Below, piece after piece: positions 1 through 12,630 of a stretch of DNA of 64,000 bases. Source of the DNA: Octopus bimaculoides (lineage: Eukaryota). Both the position numbers and the translations under genes were made by a program. The stretch lies in the NCBI RefSeq assembly GCF_001194135.2, contig NC_068983.1, positions 105,450,036 through 105,514,035 of the forward strand, in the 5' to 3' direction. Numbering within the stretch: the first letter of the stretch is position 1; every line of letters begins with the position of its first letter. Under the pieces are notes generated by a model. That model worked only from the letters and a program-made list of their open reading frames with translations, had not been told where the DNA came from and did not search any database.

Positions 1-777
1 GAATGAGACAATGAAGGAGGAACAACTCTGCTGCCAATGCTAAGAAAAGAGTACAGTTAAGTCATTTATATACATGAGCCACAAATATAAGATCTCAAAG
101 GTCATATGATTGCAAAGTTTCACTTTGTGATATATCATGATGAAATTCCAGGAGTATTAGTTGCTACTCATAATCTGTTACCCAAGCTTTCATAGAGTCT
201 ACAGACCCACAGTCACTAAATCAAGGCACCTCACAGTGGAACTGAATGGTTGGGAAGCAAGCTTCTCAACCACACAGCCATGCCTGAGCATATATAAAAA
301 AAATATATACAGGATGATCATTGTTAAAACACTTTTGATCATTAGTCTATTCAATCAGGGCTGTCTAAGGGTTAAACATCAACAACAACCAACCAGGTGA
401 CATATTAGACTTCTAAAAGAAAGAAAAAAAGACAAAAAAAAAACACGGTAGAAATGTAATGTTCTGTTCTGTTGACACTCTGGCAGCATATCACTGAAAA
501 TAATATTTGGCCAATTAATAGTGTTATATGACATGACCACTGTCATTAAAACCAAGCCAGTGAGAGGTTCTAACTGCTTTAGGTGTATCAAGATGCAAGA
601 TTCTCTACCTTCAGGGCTATGTCATTTTATTAAACAATATTCTGTTAGTGTTTTCAGTGGTAAACTTAGGAAATTACATGAATTTATTTGTTAGGAAATA
701 ATTTTTTAAATCTCAAATGAAATTCATTATTCAAATTTTTTTTTTTTTTTTTTAAATTTTTAAAATATGTCTCTTAC

Positions 778-845
778 CATCTTCACTTCCTTCTTTTAAG
801 ATCATACGAATAAAGTCTCGAGCCAGAAGTGGGATTCGAGAGTTT
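778..845 (-). CDS. ATXN10: Ataxin-10 coding exon 3 ((R)NSRIPLLARDFIRMILKEGSED); gene continues beyond window start
   Basis: Minus strand reads tgtttttcag|AAACTCT...GAAGATG|gtaag. The 68-nt exon (phase 2 in, phase 1 out) is in frame with exon 2 and falls where human ATXN10 has RNLDTIGVAVDLILLFRE (recalled alignment). Confidence 0.75.
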
Positions 846-1885
846 CTGAAAAACACATGAAAAGCATTTATAAAATGGGTAAATTTATCCATAGAAGAAA
901 AAGGAACCTCCCTTTCACAGGTCTTGAAATGCTAAAAAAAAACGCCAGTACACTATCAAAATAAGGGATAAACAATTATACTTCTTTTATCAACAAAAAA
1001 TTAAGCATTATCAAATATATACTGAGATTTTTTTTTTAAATTGAAGTAAAACTGATTTTGATTTCATTTACCTTGAAATGTAAAGTAGGTTTAAATGAGA
1101 ACAAAACTTTGCTACAGCTATCAAATTATGGTGATTGTGCTTGAATAGACTCAGGGATCAGAGGTAGTCAAGCAAAATGTTTTAAGAGAAGGTCATAGGT
1201 CCAACTATAAGGCAGCATATTTGAATATCTACTTTCTCTTCTACTAATGTATGTATCTATCTACTCTCATAATTCCCATAAATATTTAAACTTAATAACA
1301 CACAAAAAGAAAAAAATGAATGGTAGTGACCCAGCATGGCCAGAGCCTTTGGTTAGGAACATGGAAAAGACAAGGGTGTAACATCCACAGCTATTTCCTA
1401 ACTAAGGTTATTTTACTTTGACTATCGATTGCTATATCTTCTAATGCAGAAATTTACAGATCTTCATGACAATGTTTCATTATGATATATATTTTGATCA
1501 TGCGTGTAATTTGAACATACAAATGCTGAATAATGTAAACCTTCATCTTTCTCTCTCCCTTTTTCTTGTGTTTTCTCTTTCTATTTTTTCCCCAATTCTG
1601 CTATTTCCGTTTCTTTGTCTTCTCTTCTGCTTCTTTCTTTAAATTTTTACCATTTAGATTATTACCTCCCTTAGAATAACACTGAGAAAACTGACTGACT
1701 ACAGGAACAAGAATAATATGTCTTGAAATTTTTAAAATAAGAGGGAAGCTGACAAAGACAAACAGGCTGGAATAAGGGCTATTGGTTTAATCTATACATA
1801 GAGCAAATTCCTGTTGCTGTATTTTTACCATTTTTTATAAGAAAATTAAATAAAATCAATGAAAAAAAGTAAGACTTATCCATAC

Positions 1886-2050
1886 CTACAAATGGTGTCT
1901 TGGTTATCTTTTGAACCGATGCATGAATTGCGTAAACATCTAAAGACTTCAGTAACTGTCTGATTTAAACCTTTGACTTCTCTTGATTCAGCCAAATAGG
2001 TTTCTAGAATTGTACTTGCTGTTTCAAGGAACTCTGAAGAGACGGTCAAG
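1886..2050 (-). CDS. ATXN10: Ataxin-10 coding exon 2 (LTVSSEFLETASTILETYLAESREVKGLNQTVTEVFRCLRNSCIGSKDNQDTIC)
   Basis: Splice sites tcttctgtag| and TGTAG|gtatgg; 165 nt, phase 2 to phase 2. TEVFRCLRNSC..NQ matches the ataxin-10 hallmark TECFRCLRNAC..NQ. Confidence 0.9.
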
Positions 2051-5000
2051 CTACAGAAGAGAATGAATGTATTTATATTATGGAAAGAGTAATGAGGGAG
2101 GGGAAAGGGGTTGGTGACAGGAGATAATGAAGAGAGAAACAGAGAGGGAGGAAGTAGGAAAGAATGTGAGAGGCGGTAAAGAAGAGAAAAAAGGGCATGA
2201 AGAAGATAAAAGAATTGGAAAGACAAGAAGGTAAGCAAAAAAGAAAAAGAAAACGGATGAAAAAAGAGGGAGAGAGATAACAGTATGAGTAGGAAGAAAA
2301 AAAAAAGAGAAAAAGAAGAAAAAAAACAAGGTTAAAGAAAAATAGAAAAGAAAATTAACTCGGAGAAGAATAAGGATGGAAAGAGAGAGAAAATGTGAAG
2401 CAATATATAGAGAGAACAAACGATGTTCAAACCAACCAGGTTGGGTCTCTCAGACCTGCCTTACAATGTCATTCAAAAAATATACAATCACATCATCAAA
2501 ATTTCAAAAGGGAAAAGAATACATGTCTGATTAATTCAAAACAATGTCAATAAATAAGAATTATAATACATTTTAATCTGAATGCTACAGGATTAAATAA
2601 CATTTTCAGGAAATTTTCTTCTTAATCTTGAAATAATTGGCCCTAATTTATTACTGTGTCAATACACTGTAGACTCATTAAGTATCTATCACCTTGATTG
2701 TATCAGAATCAAATCCCTCAGTCATGAAGGATACATAGATAAAAAAAAGATCTCCTTTTTTTATAACAACATTGTTTTAAAATATCAGAGTATGGCTTCA
2801 TTATCTTGGGACACTTAAAAAATTTATTTTCTATTATTACTTATAATTTTACAATTAGGTCGAGCAATGGAGAAAATGCCATGCAGTATTTATTTACAAC
2901 CATTTATGTTTCAAGTTCAAATCTTGCAGAGGTTTGACTTTACTTGTATCATAATGTCAGAAGGTAAAGTACCTATCAAGTATTGAATCAATATAATCAA
3001 CCATTTCCTTCTTCTGAATCATAACTATTATTATCACATTACTACTTCAAATGTAAGGAATCATCATCATCCCTACTACTACTAGAACAATAAATAACAG
3101 AAATGATAAAATGCCAAATTAAACACTGTATACATTTTTACATATACTTCTTTATAATCTGGGTTCAATTCCTGCTAGAGTTCATTTTGTCATACATACA
3201 ATAAGTACTTATCAAGTACCTGAATCCATTAAATAGATAATAACACTCCTCTGTAAACAAATATTTGAAGCCTTGTGCAAAAGTTAGAAATCATCTAGTT
3301 AGGTTTATCAAAGACCTTTTGTTACTATTTGCAACCTTATCAATTATATGCCCTCTCTACTTCAAGTCTGTAGACCATGTACCTAATATAGAGACAATGA
3401 AGATATCAACCTGATACCTCCATGCCATTCTTAAACAGAGTTGATTTAGATTACTCGGTGACTATGAAATGACTAAGAAAAAGTTGTTCATGCCAGGAAG
3501 AGAGGTGGGTTTCCACATTTTACAAAGAGCCCTTCTTTGAAAAAAATTAGAAGTGTGGTTGTAACTAGTTTCTGGATGTCTACCACTTACATTTTCATGA
3601 GTATATTAAACGAAAAGACAAAATAATCCTGATCATGGTTGTGTAATAATAAGAAATTTGCTTCCCAATTACATGGTTCTGTGTTCAATCCCAGTGTGTG
3701 GCACCCTGGGCAAGTTATCATCTACTGTAGCTTCAGGCTGATCAAAGCCTTGTGAGTGGATTTGGAAGACAGAAACTGAAAGAAACCAATCATGTGTGTG
3801 CGCGTGCGTGTGTCCATCCCCCATAATTTAGAGGTTCCACAAAAAGAGACCGATAAAGTACCAGGCTTAAAAAAAATAAGTACTGGGGTGGATTTCTTCA
3901 ACTACACTTTTCAAGGCGGTGCCCAAGCATGGCCTCAGTCCAATGACTAAAATAAGTAAAAGATAAAAGATAAGCAATTGAGGTACGAGAGCGCAATGTT
4001 CAGGCTATAAAATAGGAAACAAACTAGTATAAGGGAGGTAACTTCTGAAATTCATTAATTTTCTGAAATTAAGGAAAATTTTACGTGTGAATTGATGGGA
4101 AAATGAGAATTAGATGCCACAATTTCAACTAAAATTTATATTACTTTTTTACATTTTCTCCATAGGATTAAAATTTTATTTTTTCATTTTTTTGTAATTG
4201 ATTACATACACTATCATTTTTAATTATTATCAAATACCATCAAAATTCTGGTAAACTGTTGAATAAAAAAGTGAAAAATGATTTCTAAAAACCTCCAGCT
4301 ACATCTATCAGTACTTCACACAACACTCAAATTACAATTCAAAAAATGTTTAATGGCTAAAATCAGAAGTATTTAAGCAACTTCATGAATCTTTTTTCTG
4401 GGAAGTTATTTCCATAACTGGCAAATTTTTTATGTAATTTTTTTTTTACCACCTCCTAACATTTGGGATTTTTTATTTTTTTTTAGTGAGTCCACTCAGT
4501 CCGCATTTAGGCCAGGTTACAAGAAAGGGATAATCGTTTTTTCATAATTTTATGGTATGCTAACACTCTATACACGTCCTTAACCCGAAAATTAACACTA
4601 AACCTACTAGACAAGTCTTCGTACTCTCCTTTAAAGCCTCTACACTAAAGTACAACATAGACCCCCAAATATCAGCCCTACTAAACATCTAAACCACACG
4701 TCCTGAAGGGTGGTATCTGCTTTTATGACCCTCTCCTTTCTGGTTATCAACAACAATGGCTTCCAGTTACTCTAACTTAAATTCTCCTTTCCTCCAAATA
4801 TGTGATTCCTACAAATCTCCAAATTCCTCCAGCCACCAAAAACTTTCTTGCATCAAGGACATATATTTCATTTTACCCCTCTCTGAAGCCACTGTCCTCA
4901 GTAACTTTCAGCATTTGCAATATTTCTTGATTCTCAAGATGGCAAGCTGGCAGAAATGTTAGCATGCCGAACGAAATGCTTAGCCATATTTCGTCTGTCT

Positions 5001-5419
5001 TTACATTCTGAGTTCAAATTCTGCTGAGGTTGACTTTGCCTTTCATCCTTTTGGAGTCGATAAATTAAGTACCAGTTGCATATTGGAGTCAATCTAATCA
5101 ACTAACCTCCTCTCCAAAAATTTCAGGCCTTGTGCCTAGAGTAGAAAAGAATATTTGACTCTTGCACTGATTGCATACTAATAGCAATGGTATAGAAACT
5201 AAATCTCTTTTGCAATTTTCAACTCTTCACAGCAATTAGTTTCATTCTCAATACACATCTTTGACCAACACACCCTTCATCTCTTTCTCACCTATAACCT
5301 CAGCCTTCACCAAACAATCACTATTTATACCAATCAGGTTCTCCAATCCACTTACCTATCTTGACTACCACTCACTTAGACACACACATGGCATTAAATG
5401 AATACAAGTTTGTCTATAT

Positions 5420-5723
5420 CAGTGGTTCTCAACAAACTTTTTGTCTGTAGACCTCTTTGAATCCTGTTTTATTTTGGTGAACCCCCATAGCCATTCAATG
5501 CTTAAAAACTAATTTTATAGATACCTCTATAAACTTGAACTTGTTTAGTTTGAACTATGTAAGACATTAGAGAAAGAAATCTGTTTCTTGCAATAGATAC
5601 ACCAAAAGCAAACTTTTTTCACATACTTCTATGAGTCTCCAATTTACTATTTTGCATGCATGAACCCAATAAAATCTTATATGGACCCTCAGGGGTCATA
5701 TAGCCCCTAGTTGAGAACCACTG
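5420..5723. mobile_element. hAT (Charlie/MER5-like) MITE
   Basis: TIRs cagtggttctcaac / gttgagaaccactg; 8-bp TSD gtctatat/gcctatat (7/8). Confidence 0.85.
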
Positions 5724-6054
5724 GCCTATATGGTTAAGTTCTCTTTGCAGCAACACGGTTTAGGGTACAATCTTGCATAGTACCTTGGTAAAGTGTCTTC
5801 TATCATAGTCTCTGACCAATCAACAAAGCCTTGTGAGTGAAATTCAGTAGATGGGAATTGCCTGCTTTAACACCACCATTTGAACCTCAGGATTCTAAAG
5901 CATTCAGTCTGTGGATTAACTTCCTCCCTTCCACCTACCTGTCTCAGTGATCCTCAAAAGAGTCATAGTCATTATCCTTCCTATTCTGATGAAGTGGTGA
6001 CATTTAAGAACAAAATAAATTAACAGCCAAATACTATGGAACCCCAAATTATAT

Positions 6055-6205
6055 TCAGGGTTGGCATTAGGAAGAGCATCCATCTATAAAATTCATGTCA
6101 AAATAGATAGTAGAGCCTGGTGCACTCCTCTAGCTTACCAGCTCCTGTCAAACCATCCAACCCATGCCAGCATGGAAGATGGATGTTAAATGATGATGAT
6201 GATGA
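6055..6205 (+). mobile_element. RTE-type 3'-tail fragment (or RTE-dependent SINE) ending in (GAT)n
   Basis: ttggcattaggaag...acccatgccagcatggaa...ttaaatgatgatgat. Related tails at 12690-12900(-), 22985-23110(-), 48180-48360(-), 60135-60275(-), 62790-62870(+), 62871-63010(-). Confidence 0.75.
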
Positions 6206-6750
6206 CATTATGGTATTTCAAGTCACCCAACTAATTAAAACCCTGTCAGTTCAATGCTAACTGTTTAGTTGCACAGGTACTTAACCACTATCCAATCAGA
6301 GACTACTAAACAGATGACTGAAACTATTCTCTTAGGTTTGCCACTCCACATCCCACACAACCAAAACTCATAACCCCAAACCCTACAAGTGATTCACCCA
6401 TACCTGCACTGCAGCAGTTCATGTAAAGAACACAGACTAATCAGTCTGTTACTTCTTTGCCAAAAGCCTTCTCAAGTAAAGTTAATTGATAGACAATCAT
6501 GAAATCTTCATCACAATTTTATGTCCACTTTCCATGCTGGCATGGGTAGGACAGGTCATCATGAGCTAAGTCAGTTCTTATTCAGAGTTACTAACCTCCT
6601 AGACAAGTCAGAGGAGCACTTCTTGTACATTTAATTTGAGCATGGTTTCTTCAGTTAGAACACTTTCCTAACATTAACCACTTTACAGAGTGTAATTGGT
6701 GTATATTATCATTGCATTAACACTAGAGAGGCTGACATGTCCTTGACAAG

Positions 6751-6804
6751 ATTAAAGGGTAAAAAGGACCCGATTAAAGGGTAAAAAGGACCCTATTAAA
6801 GGGT
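6751..6804 (+). repeat. 22-bp tandem repeat, about 2.4 copies
   Basis: attaaagggtaaaaaggaccc(g/t) repeated. Confidence 0.9.
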
Positions 6805-6902
6805 TTTTCTCATAAAAAATTAATGTCATCTAAAAACTGAATAGCATTTACCAACTACTTCAACTCCAGCAAAATCAGTAAAAAAAAATGCAAAAGCAGC
6901 CT

Positions 6903-6920
6903 CTGTGTGTATGTGTGTGT

Positions 6921-6952
<32 letters not shown>

Positions 6953-7043
6953 AAGAGAAAAAGAGAGAGACATCTTCAAGCTCCCTAAATTCCCAAGCTT
7001 TAGCCAATCTTTTTGAACTTTTGGCAAAAACAAAATTTCTATC

Positions 7044-7090
<47 letters not shown>
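6903..7090. repeat. Compound microsatellites (GT)n(GA)n and (TA)n(TG)n
   Basis: Seen directly. Confidence 0.95.
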
Positions 7091-7092
<2 letters not shown>

Positions 7093-7871
7093 TTGTCCCC
7101 CCACCATCGCTTGACAACCGATGCTGGTGTGTTTAAGTCCTCGTAACTTAGCGGTTCGGCAAAAAGAGACCGATAGAATAAGTACTAAGCTTACAAAGAA
7201 AAAGTCCTGGTGTCGATTTGCTCGACTAAAGGCGGTGCTCCAGCATGGCCACAGTCAAATGATTGAAACAAGTAAAAGAGTAAAAGAGTATTCTGTAAGT
7301 TTATTTTTTTATTAAATTTGTGAGAAACAATAATTCTTCATTCACCTGAAAGCATATATAATGTAGCATAGAAATAGCGGTAGTTTGAATAAAATTTAAT
7401 TAAAAGAAAATTATTGGATCCATTGGACCCGGTTGGTAATTAGTGACATACATTTTCTCTGGTAGACCAAGGGTTAAAACCTGCAATAGAGCTTCAAGAA
7501 ATAGTTCTCTAAGGGAAGTTACTGTGTAAATACAAAATATAAGGGAGATAACTATTTGCAACTGCTTGCCATTTAGCAGGAAATCCAAAATGTTATGAAT
7601 TATCAGGGAAGACCATAGAAATATTATAAAACAAATACCAAGACTGCTTTTGTTTATTAATCTATTCAATACAGGTTGACCTATAGCTAAACAACAACAA
7701 AAGGAATTATAAATTTATAAAATTTGAATCTGCACCAACGTTTACGCATTCATAGTGCTAAAAGTGGGAATTGATCCCAAGCATTAAATTATTTGGAAAG
7801 ATTTCTTCCCGTCCTCACCCCCATTTTCTCGCAAATTTTGGGTGGTTTTTTTGCGAAAAACCTCCGTTTTA

Positions 7872-8453
7872 NNNNNNNNNNNNNNNNNNNNNNNNNNNNN
7901 NNNNNNNNNNNNNNNNNNNNNNNNNNNNNNNNNNNNNNNNNNNNNNNNNNNNNNNNNNNNNNNNNNNNNNNNNNNNNNNNNNNNNNNNNNNNNNNNNNNN
8001 NNNNNNNNNNNNNNNNNNNNNNNNNNNNNNNNNNNNNNNNNNNNNNNNNNNNNNNNNNNNNNNNNNNNNNNNNNNNNNNNNNNNNNNNNNNNNNNNNNNN
8101 NNNNNNNNNNNNNNNNNNNNNNNNNNNNNNNNNNNNNNNNNNNNNNNNNNNNNNNNNNNNNNNNNNNNNNNNNNNNNNNNNNNNNNNNNNNNNNNNNNNN
8201 NNNNNNNNNNNNNNNNNNNNNNNNNNNNNNNNNNNNNNNNNNNNNNNNNNNNNNNNNNNNNNNNNNNNNNNNNNNNNNNNNNNNNNNNNNNNNNNNNNNN
8301 NNNNNNNNNNNNNNNNNNNNNNNNNNNNNNNNNNNNNNNNNNNNNNNNNNNNNNNNNNNNNNNNNNNNNNNNNNNNNNNNNNNNNNNNNNNNNNNNNNNN
8401 NNNNNNNNNNNNNNNNNNNNNNNNNNNNNNNNNNNNNNNNNNNNNNNNNNNNN
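7872..8453. other. Assembly gap (other N-runs at 15182-15191, 16051-16551, 18948-19404, 22205-22214, 29622-29829, 40908-41231, 41946-41955)
   Basis: Runs of N. ORFs spanning them are artefacts. Confidence 1.
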
Positions 8454-8597
8454 TGAAAAGATGAAAGGTAAAGTCGACCTTGGCGGAATTTTAACTCAGA
8501 ACGTAAATATGGATGAAATGCTGCTAAGCATTTTGCCCAACATGTCACAATTTTGCCAGCTTGCTGTCTTTATCTTTCCAATATAATATGCAGGGCA

Positions 8598-8845
8598 AAG
8601 GCGGCAAACTGGCAGAAACGTTAGCACGCTGGGCAAAATGCTTAGCCATATTTCGTCTGTCTTTACATTCCGAGTTCAAATTCCACCGAGGTTGACTTTG
8701 CCTTTCATCCTTTCGGGGTTGATAAATTCAGTACCAGTTGTATACTGGGTCGATAAATTAGGTACCAGTTGTATACTGGAATCGATCTAATCGACTGGCC
8801 CCCTCCCCAAAAATGTCGGGCCTTGTGCCTAGAGTAGAAAAGAAT
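8598..8845 (+). mobile_element. tRNA-like SINE, family B (ggcggc.agctggcagaaacgttagc...gagttcaaattcc...)
   Basis: B-box GAGTTCAAATTCC; internal 31-bp duplication at 8721-8785. Other copies at about 4941-5153(+), 8455-8575(-), 11955-12120(-), 22750-22958(-), 26355-26530(-), 32320-32750(-), 44995-45236(-), 54478-54625(+). Confidence 0.85.
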
Positions 8846-9088
8846 ATAATATGCAGTCCACCTGTAATGTAAGTAGCTCCAGTCTATCAATGTATTTTCC
8901 AGGGAGAGTCAAATAATATTTTAATGCAAAAGTGTGAAGCACAATGACTGTAAGAATCAAAAGCTCTGAATAGCATGCAACTAAACCTATTGCAAGCATT
9001 GTATTTTGCCCTGGGTAAGTAACATGCCCAGCTGCTCCCCTGAAAATTAGTTCTTTTATTTTCTGCTCTAATAATAGGCAAAATATCC

Positions 9089-9690
9089 GGATCTATTTTA
9101 AAACGGGGGTGCCAGTATTTTCTTAACGAAACACTTTGAAACTTGGGACACTGGTAGAATGTGTCATATAAAACATCTTTTACTCTTAGTCTTCTTAACA
9201 AAAAAAAGGAATTCCCAAGTTATTCCATGTTAAAGTTGTCGTATTTCTGTAATTTCAACCAATCACTGACGTCTATTCAGCTCAATAGACTTACTGCTGG
9301 GCGGTCATAAAAATGTTATTCCCTGTGACATATTTCATCCGGTTTAATCGTAATTTATACGCATATATTGTTTATATAATAAATTAAGCTAAGCGTATCT
9401 GTGTGTGTAACAATTTTAGAGTTCGGATTCTAGAGTTAGGGTTAGGGTTAGTGGATTAATACGATATACACCGTTACAGTGCTAACTGTTTTCAACTGAA
9501 TAGACGTCAGTGATTAGTAGAAATTATCGAAATAAGACAATTTTTTACATGAAATAAATTCGAATACAAAAATATTTTTCTGTTCTATAACACAAAATAG
9601 ATAAGTATACGAAGTTTGAAAGTCTTTCGGTACCAAAAACACTACATAAAACATAAATGAAAACTGGCGCCCCCGTTTTAAAATAGATCC
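9089..9690. mobile_element. Non-autonomous DNA transposon, Merlin-like (GG termini, 8-bp TSD)
   Basis: Terminal 28 bp ggatctattttaaaacggggg(t/c)gccagt match at 27/28; perfect TSD AAATATCC (9081-88, 9691-98); imperfect inverted arms about 190 bp; internal TTAGGG repeats at 9436-9451. Confidence 0.8.
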
Positions 9691-10049
9691 AAATATCCAA
9701 ATTTATAAGTCAAAACTGTAAAGAGTAAATAAACAATTTAAGAAATGCAAACATAAACACTGTCTATTTCATGACAGAAGACACTACACTGTCCACTTAA
9801 GCATCATCAATTTGAATAATTCCACCAACAGTATATATTAAGATTGACATACCAACAATTTCTGGAAAACTTTATATGCTAAGCATTGTCAGACACAAGT
9901 ATGGCTGTGTCATTAAGTTCATTTTGCAACCAGATAGCTTTGGATATGATGCACCTTAAGCACTTGTTTCTACTAATAGCATCAAGTTGACCATCTTTCA
10001 AGTGAAATTTGACAGATGGAAACTGCAAAGAAGCCTATCATGCATACAC

Positions 10050-10103
10050 ACATGCACGCTCTCTCACAGACAGACAGAGAGATAGAGACAGAGAGAGATA
10101 ACG

Positions 10104-10146
<43 letters not shown>

Positions 10147-10222
10147 AAGATAGAGATAGAAAAATAGAGAGATAGAAAGATAGAGAGAGAGAGATAGAGA
10201 GAAAGACACACACACATTCATT
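10050..10222. repeat. Compound (GACA)/(GATA)/(GA)n/(CA)n microsatellite
   Basis: Seen directly. Confidence 0.95.
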
Positions 10223-10833
10223 ACCTGGATGTAACATATTGCAAGAATGACTGTTGCACACCTAGCTACACATATTTTATATTCTTTACCACACAATAGA
10301 TGCTTGTTAACCTCCAAACAATTGAAAGAATTTCAAATTTAACTACACTTCAGCTTACACACACACACACACACACAGTGGTATCACAAACTCCCACTCC
10401 CCCTCTTGTTATTTCTCTTCACTCTTCCCTCTTCTTTTCTCTTCACACTCCCTCTACCCCACCCCCACCACTTACCATCACTGTAACCCTATGTTAGTCA
10501 ATAACTTATGAAGCATTGAAGTCTTATTTGGGGTAGTAACAAGTCATAAACACAGGCATAATAAACTTTTCTTTATATAGCACCCTCCCCAATTTAACAA
10601 ATAACACATCTATCCTCAACAGAGGGGAGGCAAGGAATATGCAAAACTAAGTGTGCTACTCAGAAACATAACAAACCACTTGCAATAGCTTTCAATTTAT
10701 GGTCCATATGTTGGTAGTCCAACAGCATTTCATGCACTACCTTTATTTTTGGCATATCCTAAATCAGCTAACCTCACAATCATTGGCACCAAATTCATGA
10801 ACAGTAAAAAGAAAAAAAAGAAACTATCTAATT

Positions 10834-11222
10834 CAGGGGGTTTTCAAACTGTGGTCCGATGACCACAGGGGGTCCGCAAGGACAAGACAGGGGGTCCGTG
10901 GACAGCAAATACTTTTTATGGGCAATTTGATTTTATATAGGTTTTTTAATCGAAATCTTTTAATTGACAATAAACCTATTTGTTAAATACTGTTAAATAA
11001 ATAAATGTAAAAATATATGTTATTTTAAGCAAATATTTATGTATAAATTTCATAAACTTCTACTTCTATATTTCATAACTGCAGGTGTGGCAGGTGCAGG
11101 CATTTCTGTGTAGTTGAGAGGCTTGCTTCCCAACCATATAGTCTTGGGTTCAGTCTGGACAAGTGTCTTCTATAGCACTGGCTGATCAAAGCCTCACAAG
11201 TCAAAAAGTTTGAAAACCCCTG
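10834..11222. mobile_element. hAT MITE carrying a captured 148-bp SINE-plus-flank segment
   Basis: TIRs cagggg(g)ttttcaaact / agtttgaaaacccctg; TSD atctaatt/atctgatt (7/8). Confidence 0.8.
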
Positions 11223-12239
11223 ATCTGATTGATAAATCCAACCTCACCGAGTTGACACGCCACCATGCTGAATTTTAATGTTTACTGCTTTTTCAACAGA
11301 CTTGCTGATTGTATTCAATTCCCACTCAAAGCTCGCCATTGGGCACAAGCATCTATTTCTTATTGCTTAGAAAATAAGTGCTAGAGTTGATTCATTTGAC
11401 TAAAATTCCTTAAGGCAGTACCAATGGTTGTAGTCTAATGACTGAAATAAGTAAAAGATAAAAGATATTCTCACACTGTTTCTGCTTATTCTCAAAATGT
11501 CTAAATTCTCATAATAAAAACAATTACATCATATTTCAAGTAGGATTCTTGAAAATTTCAACAACTCAAGCTTTGACCTTTCTTACTCAATCAGCTGACA
11601 AATCTGCACTAGAAGTCGAATCTATTGACACCCTCAATGATTCATAACAACTCCGTCTTTCTTCTGCTCTCTTCCTCATCACCATCTTATCTCACATTCC
11701 TAAACTCATACCACATGGTCACTTACTGCAAAAGCCAACACATATCTATTGTACTTGACCTCCACATTTAGATAGCAAAATTTCTTTCAATTCTATCTTA
11801 CCTAAACTTATCTGCATTATGTTAGGGAGGCAATTGCTATATCAATGGCATTCCAGAAACATTCTTGCTCCCATCATCATTGTCATCAAACCAACTTCTT
11901 TCCAAATCTATCTAAATATAGGTTTCAAATTTTGGCACAAAGCAGGAAATGGGGGGGCTAGCCAATTACGTTGACCCCAGTGCTCAACTGGTACTTTTTT
12001 TTATCAACTCCAAAAGGATGAAAGACAAAGTCAACTTCAGTGGAAATTGAACTCAGAATGTAAAGGCACACAAGAACACCACTAAGCATTTTGTTCAGTA
12101 TGCTAATGATTCTGCCATTATAAAATATCAAGTCAATGTGGTTGGCAGGGGGTAAAAACATTTCCTTCAAATCACACCCTGCTACCTTACAAATGAAGAA
12201 CATGGTATACATTGGACCTAAAAAAAGAAGAAAAAAATA

Positions 12240-12630
12240 GGCACAGGAGTGACTGTGTGGTAAGAAGCTTGCTTCCAAACCACATGGTTCCAGGTTCAGT
12301 CCCACTCCATGGTACCTTGGGCAAGTGTCTTCTATTATAGCCTCGGGCCAACCAAAGCCTTGGGAGTGGATTTGGTAGATGGAAACTGAAAGAAGCCCGT
12401 CGTATATATATATATATATTTGTGTGTCTGTGTTTGTCCCCTCACTATCGCTTGACAACCAGTGTTGGTGTGTTTACATCCCCTGTAACTTAGCGGTTCA
12501 CCAAAAGAGACTGATAGAATAAGTACTAAGCTTATAAGGAATAAGTCCTGGGGTCGATTTGTTCAACTAAATGTGGTGCTCCAGCATGGCCACAGTCAAA
12601 TGACTGAAACAAGTAAAAGAATGAAAGAAT
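12240..12630 (+). mobile_element. Full-length tRNA-derived SINE, family A (CORE-like ACCTTGGGCAAGT; probably related to the described octopus OR-type SINEs)
   Basis: A/B-box-like head, central (TA)n(TG)n, tail ...aaacaagtaaaagaat. Further copies or fragments at about 190-290(-), 3633-3970(+), 5725-5860(+), 7091-7289(+), 11095-11200(+), 12940-13080(-), 40090-40250(-), 44390-44970(-), 45272-45430(-), 60743-61130(+), 62501-62680(+). Confidence 0.85.

Noticed and set aside
1-41. Possible ATXN10 exon 4 (ttttcttag|CATTGGCAGCAGAG... on the minus strand)
   Set aside because: The in-phase translation (ALAAELFLLHCLI) does not resemble the expected LRCxxQFLGN segment, and it is truncated by the window edge.
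379-591. 70-aa minus-strand ORF within ATXN10 intron 3
   Set aside because: No similarity to ataxin-10 and no convincing splice pair.
7771-8586. Long ORFs in the track spanning N-runs (also 15940-16593, 18909-19424, 29424-29912, 40797-41253)
   Set aside because: Open only because N codons do not produce stops.
9436-9451. Interstitial telomere or chromosome-fusion scar
   Set aside because: Only about 2.5 units, and they are internal to a TSD-flanked MITE.
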